The notes under the pieces: model-generated
The model's input: the letters and a program-made list of their open reading frames with translations, nothing else
Told to the model about the DNA's origin: nothing
Database searches by the model: none
Shown here: in pieces, positions 13,301 through 24,785 of the stretch
Position numbering within the stretch: position 1 is the first letter of the stretch
Layout of the letters: every line of letters starts with the position of its first letter
Made by a program: the position numbers and the translations under genes
Assembly (NCBI GenBank): GCA_040954595.2
Contig: CM082581.2
Location: 9,341,878-9,405,877 of the forward strand
From: Balanoglossus misakiensis
Lineage: Eukaryota > Animalia > Hemichordata
Reading direction: 5' to 3'
Length of the DNA: 64,000 bases

Positions 13301-14296
13301 AAATAAGTTTTTTTGTCCATTGTTGATTTGATGTCTGGAAAAAGATTATTTGAACCTTATTTGTTGTATATGTACATGGTACAGCTAGTACATGTACCAT
13401 GACAGCTAACTACAGTCTTTCATTCGCAGCTTTGATGGAGACGTGCTCACACTCGCAAGATTCGTAAATCTTTGTGTTTTATTTGTGTGTTTGCTTTGAG
13501 CAGGATGCCAAGTCTTCTGGGTCAGGTGACAATGTCCAGGCTGCATCCAAGGGTATTATTCAACGTGACTACCAGAAGGAAGCCATCGTGTACACCACCT
13601 ACTCTCCAAACCCATTCGAAGGCATGTCAGAGAAAGAAATCATAAAATACAAAGAAGAAGTTGCTAATAAGACCGGACAAGGTAATACATTGTCCCTCAT
13701 TTCATCCTCCTTGCCCCCCCCCCCTCCCATGTATGACCAGTTTCTCCCAGGAAAAAGAGAATCTTTCTTGAAATGACTTTTACCGTCTATTCCTGCAGAC
13801 TTGAGTGATATCCAGTTCCCCACTGATGAGTTTGAAAAGGAAATGTCGAGCAAGGAAGATATCGTAACGGAAGAAACAACAGAAACAGTAACAAGGAAGG
13901 AAGGTATGTTTGAAACACTTGAGGGGAAACACACTTAGCAGTTTCCATATTTTTAGAACTACTTCCAAACTTTTCTTGAGCTTTCACATGTTGCACTTTT
14001 TGACCGGCAGTCATTTTTGTCTCTATCCCTGTATCTTAGGGGACCAAGAAATTGTAACCACGGTTACCACAGTCAAGAAGACCGTGATAGAGACGGACAT
14101 TGACGCAGAGCCTGAGAAGGGAGGTGAGGAGAGTCGAACATCGACCCTGGAGCACGAAAAAGACGACAGCAGCAAGGAGTCCTCGCCGACCAAGGAGACA
14201 TCGCCGAAAAAGAAGGACAAGAAGAAGAAAGGTTTCCGCACGCCATCATTCTTGAAGAAAAAGGACAAGAAAGGAAAAGGGGAAGAGGAGGAGTAG
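4321..14296 (+). CDS. ADD1: Adducin (alpha-adducin / hu-li tai shao homolog), full length, ~719 aa
   Basis: Coding exons with GT-AG boundaries and consistent phases: 4321-4560, 8380-8488, 8777-8928, 9057-9287, 9942-10184, 10326-10496, 10656-10928, 11043-11153, 11282-11371, 13504-13681, 13799-13903, 14040-14296 (2160 nt). Adducin motifs: [100 protein letters not shown], and the MARCKS-related KKKKGFRTPSFLKK. An acceptor at 4300 implies an upstream 5'UTR exon. Confidence 0.95.
12418..12462 (+). CDS. Candidate 45-nt cassette exon of adducin (DAPKSDSRDLLTDLK)
   Basis: Long polypyrimidine tract, AAG acceptor (12415-12417), AAG|GTAGAC donor; phase 0-0 and open in the adducin frame between exons 11282-11371 and 13504-13681. 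Confidence 0.55.
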
Positions 14297-15667
14297 ACTA
14301 TGTTAACTTGAATCAAACATATTTAGAAAGTCATAGTTGCCTAAATGTTGACAGAAAATTTTTTGAACAAATTTTTTCCTCTTCTGTATCTCATTTAAGA
14401 TGATTCCTTATGTAGAATCCGGTATTAGACAACATGAATTACGATTAATTGGGGGGAGAGAAAAAAAAATCTTGCTTGACAACTCAAAGTTCAAGGATGG
14501 AAGGGACTTAATGTGAAATTTCAACTACATGACGTAAAAAGAAAAGAAAAAAAAGGATCATGTATTTCTTAGATGTAAACGCAAACTATGTACGTTGATT
14601 TGTCATGTGTTTTTATTCTGACAGATCTTACCCTTCGCGTCCTTATTGGCAATTTTAACAAACTAGTATGTATTAATGTATTTTTTATTTTTTATGAAGC
14701 TGTCAGTCCTATAGTTTGTGTAGATACTATTTGTGTATTTGTAGCTCTTGTTTGTGGCTTCAAAAGTCATACTGTAGCATGGTGAACGTTCTCCTTTTAT
14801 ATAAGACCCAACGAATACCCTTTCTGTCAGAACTATAACTAGTGTGATCAATAGGGGGAAACGTTTTAATAACTGAGGTTGTGACTTATTTGTATTGTTT
14901 TGTTTTTTTCCAATTTTGCAGTTCCTTCGATGGTTTCCTTGAAACCAAGGGCTGCTTGGATTTCTTTGACATACAACAATCTAGCTCTTAATATCTGAAG
15001 GAGAACTAAAAGGAACACCTCAATATTCTCTCTTAGCTATTGTGTTTAAGAAAATACCATAGTTGACACATTCTTCCAAAACAGGAATTTCTGTCTCTTA
15101 ACTTTAGATTTACGGGTTTGTCTTGGCAGCAAGCAAACCTCTTTCTTTTTTTCCTTTTTGTATTTTTTGTCACCCCCCACTCCCACTGCTTGAAAAAAGA
15201 AAACCCGACTTTATACAGATTTCTCAGAAGGGGCAAGTATACACCGTTAAAATGTGAACAAATCATGAAATTTTAGTAAATGTAGCGAGAAACAAAAATT
15301 AGGCTAGTTTCTGGAAGTGAGGCCTTTACCCACAATGCTTTGCAGTAATGGGGGGGATTTAGACGCTACCTGCCCGACAGATAAGCGTTCGTAAACCTGC
15401 TCTTTTCTACTGCCACTAGGGTAAATGGTATAAAAATGGATCAACACCTACGTACTGATGATTGGAAATTTCTTAAGGAGTGATGCAAATATTTTTTGGG
15501 AGATTTTGTGATCAGCTATGTTGTAACTTTCTAGATGTATTTCAAGCAGTGTAATGTACATGTTTAGTGTAGAGAAACGTAGTCGACGTAATCGTAAAAT
15601 GAAGAAAAATAACGTATATACCTTTACTGCTGAAAAAAAACCTACTTGTTGATGAGACCCATTATTT

Positions 15668-15699
15668 GGGGAAAGGGGAGATAGGGAAAGGGGGAAGGG
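15668..15699 (+). other. G-quadruplex-forming motif in the presumed adducin 3'UTR
   Basis: GGGG-aaa-GGGG-agata-GGG-aaa-GGGGG-aa-GGG: five G-runs of at least 3 with loops of 5 nt or less on the sense strand. Confidence 0.45.
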
Positions 15700-16839
15700 A
15701 AATGTGGTTTTTTGTCCTTAAAAAGTCTTCACTTGTCAATTTCACAAGACTGAATGGGTGATTTTCTATGTACTTGTCGTGTCAAACCATTATGTGTGTG
15801 TCGTTTACTCATATTGCACAGAAAACTGACCACATTGTCATCGAACTAGTCACCACCAGAGACAGAATGAAACTAGTTTGTGTTTTTTTTTTTTCGTTTC
15901 TAAATATTTTCATTCGTGTATATAAATCTTGTAGCAGCGTAGATACAGTGAGACAGTACTGAAATCAGTCACTGCCAATTGAATCCCCCCTGGGTTAGTT
16001 TTTTTTTGTCTTGGAAGTTGTTGTCATAGCGACCATGCTCGGTTTGTTTTCAGTTGAATTTTGAATCTCCGTCAGCTTTGCCAACTGAATTCATGTGCAT
16101 GGTAGCGGACTTTGTTGGGGGTTTTGCGCCGCTACCTTGCAGCATGGGTGTCCTTGAATGTTTCATTTTTCTTCTTCATGTGTCATACAAATGCGTGCTG
16201 GGTAGCTGCCAGGTGTGGTGTGTGTGGGCCGGGGGGGCTCCTTGCGAACGAGGCGATGTACTCGAAGGGAGATCCCCGTGCCTTCTTGGGACAAAGACAA
16301 AAACTAAACTGTAAATCCGGCATATCTTTGACAAGCAGCTTTCCACGTTTCTTGTATCTGCAAACGTTGAAGTTTTCGTATTTTAACTGCAGTTCACAGA
16401 AGCAATGGTGATGGTGAGTGTTTATGTTAAAATAAGCACTTTGGGGACTGCCTCTTATCTTGAGACACATCCATGTGTATTTTTACACCACAACTTGTCA
16501 AAACCAAGATCACCTGAGCCATTGTCTCGTGGCTAAGAAGTTTCTCCCCGCAGTGTTTCCCTTCCCTTCTAACCATCCATTGATGAAGATCAATTGCGTT
16601 TCATTCTGCCTCTCTGTTTCCATGACAATTGATGTAAGTTCCTATTGGCACATTTTTGGGCACAGTCAGAATTTGAGATATGGGCAAAGCATAATGTGTC
16701 AAACATTTCTGTTCGTAGTGTAGATTGTGAATATTTTGTGGGTTTATATCCTACATCAGCAGCCATCTTGTAAAATAGATATTTTAATTCATGTACGTTT
16801 CTTTACATTTTAAGCCCAATTAGATGTTTTTAGCCGGTT

Positions 16840-16853
16840 AATAAATAAATAAA
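16840..16853 (+). terminator. Candidate polyadenylation signal of adducin (overlapping AATAAA x3)
   Basis: aataaataaataaa followed by a T/G-rich tract; implies a ~2.5-kb 3'UTR after the stop at 14296. Confidence 0.5.
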
Positions 16854-18769
16854 TTTGCTTGTTGACCATAGTGCAGAACCAAGAGTTTCGATTTTAATGC
16901 ATTTTTCAGTACATTATTATAACTAGTAACACCATGCATCAATGTTAATTAAATGGATGTTAATTTCTGCTGAGACGACGAACACATTAGACGAAATAAG
17001 TCATTAGCTTTGTAAGGTATAAAGCAGTACCCCTGATACTGCTCCACGAATTGGACTCGCCTTATGCTTGAAAGGGGGATGGATCATTCCATTCTGTGTG
17101 GCGCCAGGGGTGGACAGTGGAGGGAATGGCTGCTGAAATTTTACTTTTTTGTGAATTTATTAAAATGACGCGCTAACGGCACAGACATGTAGAAGAGGTA
17201 CTGTGTAGTTGTATTGATGACCATGCAGGATTTTCATGCTTTTTCTGATTCAGTTCACAAATAATTTTACAACCATTATCAACCATTTTAGGATTATAAC
17301 TTAACCAAAAAAAATGCAGAAAAGTTTGTCTTGGAGTGACTGAAACGTGATGGATCGAAGACAGCTGCACCATCCGTAATTTTGTTATCATGGAGCAGAG
17401 GCAAAAATGTTCTAGGTCCTGTGTCAAATTTATAGATTCGCCTGTTTCCTTTAATACTTTCATGCAGTTGGTTGGGTTGTAGAGAGTGTACAAGACGAGA
17501 TTTTGTACCCATAGGTTGACTTGCAGAGCCTACATGTGCGTTTTAGACCAGCGATCAACGTTTGTTGTCATGGAAATGTAACTTCCACTGTGATGACCAC
17601 CTTAATTGTACTGATTGGGGTTTTGGTACTTAGGAACTGCCAGTCGCTTATGAAAACTGGCATTTTCAGTTCATTTGTATATCTTTACAAAAAAAAACTG
17701 AGGGACATCATTAACATAATTTTTTAGCACAAATGCCTAAGTACCAGGTATCTAGACAGTGTTAGATCAAGTCACTTTTCCCTGTAGGCAACCTTTACTC
17801 CAAGAATTCTGGGTAAATGCCACCTTGGTGCCATAACTGTAGTTGATATGATTACCCATCATTCTTTTAAATTACCCATAGTTCCTTGGGGTCATGGATT
17901 CTCTGATCATGCCAAATGCTGTTATACACAAGAGAATTTTTTTTAGTGACTATAAAAAATGACTTCCATCATTTGATTACTTATTTTATTCCTTTGTGGT
18001 ACATTACCAGTAATGATATGTATTTTAAATTTATTTCCGTTTTTTTTGTCATCATCATCTTCATTGCAACCATCATCAAAAATTTCCTGTCAGTTTTTCA
18101 CTCTTAGAGTTAGGACACAGTCACAAAATTTGCCGTAGTGAGGATGTAGTGATGTAATACCATACCAGCTGTTTGCCAGATTACGTCCAGCTAGCCATCA
18201 CATCCATATGCCATGTGTGAACCAATAAAGGTGTACGTATGTACAGTGTAAAGTTTTGCGTCGGTTGTCTCTTCTTCCCTGGCCATCTTCCATGAAACAA
18301 TGAAAACTGAACAGGAAAATTGTTGCTTGAGGGATAGCTCTCTTACATGTAGATTAGGGAAGCGTCCTTGAAGGACAGATTTTCCAGTGTGAAGTCTGAG
18401 TGAGAAGAGTAACATGACCAGTACCGTTTTTCCTGTCTGTCACTAAAATCCTCCAAGTTTTCTGGCCTATGTCAATATATTACTGAGTGCCTTACTAAAG
18501 CCATGTACATGTATAGCGCCCCCACAAAGCATTCTGTAGATTTCAATGGCGGCATCCATGCAAGCGACATTGCAAGGAAAGGCCGGAGACTTCGATACGT
18601 TGTGTGCCCTTTTATTTTGAGAAAGAAAGTTGTGCAGGGGGTTTAATTGGGGAATGGTTCGTTTGAGGTGACATCAGTCAAATTAGAGGGACTGTTGCCT
18701 GGTCATAACCACTGGCACGCAACCACACCAATCTCAGGGTACTGGACTTCATTGGCGATCGGATGCAAG

Positions 18770-19530
18770 ATGAAACGAATAGCAATCTACATACTGATAC
18801 TGGTCCTTTTAGACTTATATCTAATCATACATGGGAAAACATTTGAATTTCCACGATACAGCTATCGGAAAAAGCCTAAAACGGTGAGTGTTCCGCGCAT
18901 TCTAGCCCACTCATGCGTGCATCATACTCAGGCGTTTCGTTTTAATATAGACTTGAAGACCTGTCGATCGAGGGCGCTCCCCGCCCAATCCGGGGGGGGG
19001 GGGGGGGCACCTCGAGAGATGGATTGCCCCAGCTAGAAGAATATTAAAATAAAATTGCTCTGATTTCATCTTGCAGGAGCGACGTTTTAAAGGTGAACGT
19101 GGCAGGTGCGAGAAGACAGCAGAGTGCTCAAATGTTCCTGCAGGGTTGATACGAACCAAATGCATACGGACTTGCATCTCACAGAAATGCTACAACGAGT
19201 TGTATTCCTTTGATGAGGTGAGATACAAGTTTAATATGACTCTGGTCTTTTGCAGACACCCCCCAAACACACACACACTCACATACACAGTCCCCAGCAA
19301 ACATGAAGTGAATTAACTGAAACAGTGTGTGTCCATTAGACTGTCTCTAAGACTAATGGCAGCTGACTGTACTGAATACTTCACTGTGCGAGTAGAAGTT
19401 TCCCATGTACCATAACAGATGCTATGCTTTGTCTCTCTTACAGTTGGAAGACGGTGAAATTGATATCAGACTGAACTCATTCAAAGGCTGTTGGACCCAG
19501 GAGTACAATGCCAAACAGAAGGAACTATAA
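18770..19530 (+). CDS. Small secreted Cys-rich protein, DUF4787-like (113 aa)
   Basis: Exons 18770-18883, 19077-19217, 19444-19530, all phase 0. Signal peptide MKRIAIYILILVLLDLYLIIHG, then CIRTCISQKCYNELYSFDELEDGEIDIRLNSFKGC, which matches my recollection of the DUF4787 pattern (CY..LY..D.LE.GEID.R..SFKGC). AATAAA at 19649. Confidence 0.85.
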
Positions 19531-20743
19531 AACGTACTGGCAAAAAATTTAAGTTGCCATGACAGCACACTATTGCTTCTTGTCTCTGGATTTCCGAAAG
19601 ATATTTTATTACTGTATGATGGAAAGTGGTGCAATTTTACTCAATGATAATAAAGAGTACTGATAATTCCTCTCAGGATATATGAATAGGCATCTTTGTT
19701 TATTTCTGTGACATAAATTTGCCCCCCCCCCCCCCCCTCCGGCATCTCTCGAGTCACTCATCCTGATTATGCAAATATCAAAATGCCAAAGGTCACGACC
19801 AATGTATGCTATGATCAAAATGCCAAAGGTCATAACCAATGTTTGTTTGCAGGAAGATAAAAAGCCTAACGAATCCATGTATCTTATCCAGTCTAACGCT
19901 GAACAGGTCCTCAGTCGGACATCAGGTGAAATTTCAGTCAGTTTTGCTCCGTTTTGGGTTCTCAAATCGAAGTTCCGGTGAAAGGTAAGACGGTAAACAG
20001 AGATGAGGTTCTGCCAGACCACGTACACATGTGGGATGATGTACATTCATCATGTCATCAAACTAGGCGCGAGTCTGCTCGATATTTTCTGTTACATGTA
20101 CAACACTGTTTAAAAGACAGACAGGCGATTCAACATAAATGCATTTGCGAGACAGTTGACGAGAATTATCCATCATAATCCATAGCCTACACCTCCATTT
20201 GATTTGCACTGTCCTATCCCTATATCACGTACTGACGTAGATACATTTGTGTTGTATGCGATATTCATATGCATGATATGGGGACGTGACTTCTCGTTCG
20301 TGCTAGACGTGTGACTTTATTTGATAATCGATTGATCTGAGCCAGAGGTTAACTAGTCTATGATAACAGTACTAAATTACATGGACACCATCAAATGAGA
20401 CAGTGCATTCCCACACAGCATAATTTTCAGCACAAGTACTTTGTGTATTTCTCATGAACAATGTTGAAACACCAATTTGCAAGCTTAGGGCTTCATAATG
20501 TTGTTGACCCTATCATGGCCTTTACATAAACAAGCATTCCTTTGTTTACTCATTGCACTCGACACTTTCTCACCTGGGGCGTTCAATTCACTGGCATACA
20601 ATACCTGTTTACCCAGCAACATTGTCAAACAGATGTTGACCTTTGGCAGCAAATGCTACAATTGGCCAAAGTTACCTGCAATACATATAGGTTATCTTGA
20701 CCCAATAATCTATTGTCTCTTTTACAGCCCAAGATTTGCAAAT

Positions 20744-22836
20744 ATGGCATATAAACCAGAGATGAATGGAGACTTTGAGAAGCTATTAGAAAATAAACTA
20801 AAAGTTGTAAGTATTTCACTTATATTGTTTGAGTTTAAAACTTGGACCTGTTATACCGCGTCACAATATTCACACACATGACCAATTGGCCAAAATCCAT
20901 GATCTGCTTGTCTTACAGACTGGTCGGCATCAACAGAAATTCCCAATACATGATGATGAGTTGGATGAAAGTGACATGACCCAGGGGGAGAAGGAGCTAA
21001 GATGCAAATTAGCTGCTGTCTACAGATTGTTGGATTTCCACGGATGGACGGCTAATATTTATAACCACATAACAGTAAGTGCATGCACAGAAAATAAGTT
21101 ATCTTTGAACTGTTGTCTGCAGTTGTCAACTTTGAACTTCCAGTCATCTTCACAGCTGTAGGGAAAAGTGGCTATTATCTACTGTTGTTTTTCTTCCTTT
21201 GCTATTTCTCTTGTTCTTTGTATTGCTTCTTGCAGGCAAGGATATCCACTGAAGATGAGCATTTCTTGATCAACCCATTTGGATTGTTCTACTACGAAGT
21301 GACGGCGTCCAATCTGGTCAAGATCGACTTGGAGGGTGACATCCTTGATCCAGGCACCACAGACTATGGTTGCAACAAGGCAGGCTGGACTCTCCACTCA
21401 GCTATACACGCTGCCAGACCAGACATCCAGTGTGTCATCCATCTGCACACACCGGCCGGAGCTGCTGTGAGTTCCCGTTTTTCGGAATTTCACTCAATGC
21501 CAGTTTGCTGTGGTGGAGTTTTGGTAGTATGCAGTGTTTTGAAGGCAGACAAGGGTTGCCCGAACCAATACATGTAGTTTCCCGTTCTGATTTGAGGGGT
21601 TTCAATATTTTATTTTGAATGAATCAGGTGCTCAACCTTTTTTGAATCCACATTTTGTTTCAGGTATCTTGTATGAAGTGTGGACTGCTAAGGTGTTGTC
21701 AGGAATCACTGATCGTCGGGGATGTGGCTTATCACCCTTACAGTGGTATTCTGGTGGACGAGAAAGAAAGGAAATTGATAGCCGAGAATTTAGGACCTAC
21801 TGCTAAGGTATGACCAAATAAAATAAGTAGAAACTTGTATGCGTTCTGATGAAGGCAGAATTTGTGAGAAATTTGTAAGATTTTATGAATTTAAAGGGGA
21901 CTGTGTTTTTGGTAGATTTCAACCATGTGGAAATGGCTGTGTGACCTTAAGAATGGCCACAAATGTAGTCATGTGTGTGGTTTCCACACTTTGGACATTG
22001 CCGCAAGGACCCAGTGTATGACAATGATGATATCGTGTCTTCCTGCAGATCATGATTTTGCATAACCATGGTTTAGCGGTGTGCGGTGAAACCATAGAGG
22101 AGGCGTATTATCTGCTGATTTTGTTGATCACAGCGTGCGAGACCCAGGTAAGAAAAAATAAACTTGTCCATATACTCAAACCTGTCAATAACACTTTTGT
22201 ATAGACATGAAGAGCATGTTGAAACATCTAGGTGCCAAGGCAAAAGCGCTTGTCAAAGAGTCTTAAAATTCACGATTTTTGAAAAACAAATTTTCAGGTT
22301 CGTCTGATGTCCTGTGGTGGCTTGGACAACATGATCTTGATGGATGACGACATGGTGAAGCAGGTGCGAGAGGTCGCTGGTCGCGGCGGTGGAGGGGTCA
22401 GCAAAGACAGTCAGGCGTGGAAGTTTGGACAGTTGGAATTTGAAGCTGCAGTCAGAATGCTGGATAACATGGTAAGGTAGTTCTGGAATCTTGCGAGACT
22501 TCCAAAATCGCCTCTCTGTTACATCTATTAGTCTGGCTACCGCTTGCCTGGCACTCTTTTGGGTGAAGTAAAGCATTCAAAGTCATTAAAAAGGCAATTT
22601 TTATTGTCAGTTTTATTTAAAACAAACTAAGAGTATAAGAGATAACACACAAACAGAACTCCAATAAATACATGCATTTGACTAACATACCCAAATCTTT
22701 GCAGGGTTTAAAAAGTGGCTACCCATACAAGAAGATGATCAAGCCAGCGCCTGGAAAGCCAGTGGTTGAAAAACGCAAAGGTGAACAGAGAGTGAGTGAA
22801 CGAAAGAAAGAGGGCAGTAAAAGAGTGAAGAAGTGA
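20744..22836 (+). CDS. Head-only adducin paralog 1 (class II aldolase/adducin domain, 332 aa)
   Basis: Exons 20744-20806, 20919-21074, 21236-21466, 21664-21807, 22049-22147, 22298-22471, 22705-22836 (999 nt, all phase 0, no internal stop). Motifs [69 protein letters not shown]. No adducin tail or MARCKS motif. AATAAA at 23002. Confidence 0.9.
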
Positions 22837-23282
22837 AGAAACAATGTATCAGACAATAGCAAATTTACGTTGTTATTGATTTGAACTTCTTGAACAAATG
22901 TCTTGGATTCTGGATTTTTTATACTGACTGACTGGTATTAATAGGAGTAATAGTGTTTGACAGTTATGAAATTGTAACAGATCTTCCTAGTTAACCATGT
23001 CAATAAACTTGGATTTTAACCAATTAATACTGAATTGGCTGTTATTATCCCCCGTGGACATAGTCCAGTGGGAAGCTCCATCCTTGCATCCGTTACTCAA
23101 ACACGCATCTATTGATTGCATTGAAAAGTTCATCCACATTCAATTTGTGTCATGGTGTGATCTAGTATGGATGTTGCACATCATATGTGTACCAATCCGA
23201 CTGCCACGTGGGAGTTTATATTCATTTCAGACAAGCCAACTCTACTTTGCAGATCTGACACTGTGCTGGTGTTCAATTCTGG

Positions 23283-23915
23283 TCATCTTTCCTCCACTGG
23301 TGGTTGAAATGGTTTGGGTTTCTTAGTTTCCTGAAAGAGTTCATAAAGCTGGCCCACTTGATCTTCTCTTAATGCATCCATCTTCTCTTCAGGCAGGTCC
23401 ACCCCGACATCAGATGCTTCTCCATCTTTTGTCTGCATTACTAGAGTATTTGCATAGACCTGAAAATAATACAGAGCATTCAATCATGACACCTCATTCA
23501 CATTTTCATCAGAATTAATTGACAAGTATATGTGTGATACATTTGGGGTCACTGCACTTGATCAGATGCAACACTGACAATCAGTGAGGGGGGGGGGGGT
23601 TGTCCTGCCCTGGTTGGTCACCCATGACTCATTATTAATCGTGGGGTTGCTGTATCATTCCGAGGGGGGGGGGGGGTACGACTATACCCATACTAGACTA
23701 GAACTCAAGCCTCCTTGGACTGAAGAAACTGACCAGTTCCTTACCTCCCATTCTTTCATAAATTTCCGCGCCTCGGCTGGGGCTGCATTTTTGTGTCTCC
23801 GGAATTCATCTTTGACGTACTGATCACCAATTGCCTTGAAGTCAAGCGGCAAGTTCCGGTGAAGAATCAATATTCGTTTGTACAATGATCTCACAGCTGA
23901 CACATGGGCGGACAT
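23283..23915 (-). CDS. SDHAF3: Succinate dehydrogenase assembly factor 3, mitochondrial (ACN9/LYRM10), 115 aa
   Basis: Two exons, 23915-23745 and 23459-23283 (phase 0). [16 protein letters not shown]...[14 protein letters not shown]...FMKEWEVYANTL...DQVGQLYEL is the LYR-family SDHAF3 signature. Confidence 0.95.
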
Positions 23916-23995
23916 GCCATTCAGGTGTCGATGAAACAAAGTAGAGAGAGGAAAGCTTGTTACAGTACAGTACGCGAATTTAACGCCGAAGGACG

Positions 23996-24027
23996 CTTCC
24001 GGTTATGCAATGTAAGTTACCGGAAGT
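23996..24027. promoter_or_regulatory. Pair of oppositely oriented ETS/GABP-type sites at the SDHAF3 promoter
   Basis: cttccgg at 23996-24002 and ccggaagt at 24020-24027, ~80-110 bp upstream of the SDHAF3 ATG and upstream of divergent paralog 2. CCGGAAG sites are typical of housekeeping and bidirectional promoters. Confidence 0.5.
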
Positions 24028-24785
24028 TGTCTATTGCACTGTCGGTTGCTATCTGAGATCCCCTCCTCGTTCTGTTTCTCAATGTGTTGTCTGCATACAT
24101 GCCAGACAAAAACAGAGTAACATTAGCGTTAATAAATAGCACGACAGAATGTTATTGACTTTAAAACTGCGTGAAAAATGAGAAAAACGCCTCTGACCTC
24201 CACGGAAAGACGCCCTCTAACGTCCACATCTACTTTTGCTTCTGTTTTTATACGTGCTTTGCTCATATACCTAGAGATGACCTGACCTCATCTCTGAGTG
24301 TTATTGTTTTCGATGACCTTGCGTGACCCAAGGAGGTTGATTATTGGACCTGTGCTTTGATGTCACGTACCTTGGATCATCGGACGCGTTACACCGACGG
24401 TTGATCGCTTGTGAAACTTGCTGTTATCTCAGTTAGGGTAATTAATTTATGCATGATTTGTAATACACACGATTTCTACCACTGTGAAGCTCGAATGTGG
24501 CAACTTTCAATGTACATGTAATTGGTGTAATCAAGCCTAAGGTCACTGTGCATGTGTGTGGTAGGATACTGGCATTCGTTGTCTCTTCGCCTAGGGTGCA
24601 ATGTACAACTACCACACCCACTAAAGCTCTACCAAAAGGATTCCGTACTCATAATGATACTGGCTAAATGTTACATTATCAGTACCAGATTGCAGCCAGG
24701 TTTTATCATATGGTCATATGTTGTGATATGTTTCTTTTTTCTTTCACTGTCATAGGACTGAAAAAATATAGCTTGAGCACCAGTG

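Noticed and set aside
9825-14316. Minus-strand ORFs opposite adducin exons (9825-10289, 10578-10955, 13599-13934, 14023-14316)
   Set aside because: Antisense shadows of coding exons with no independent features.
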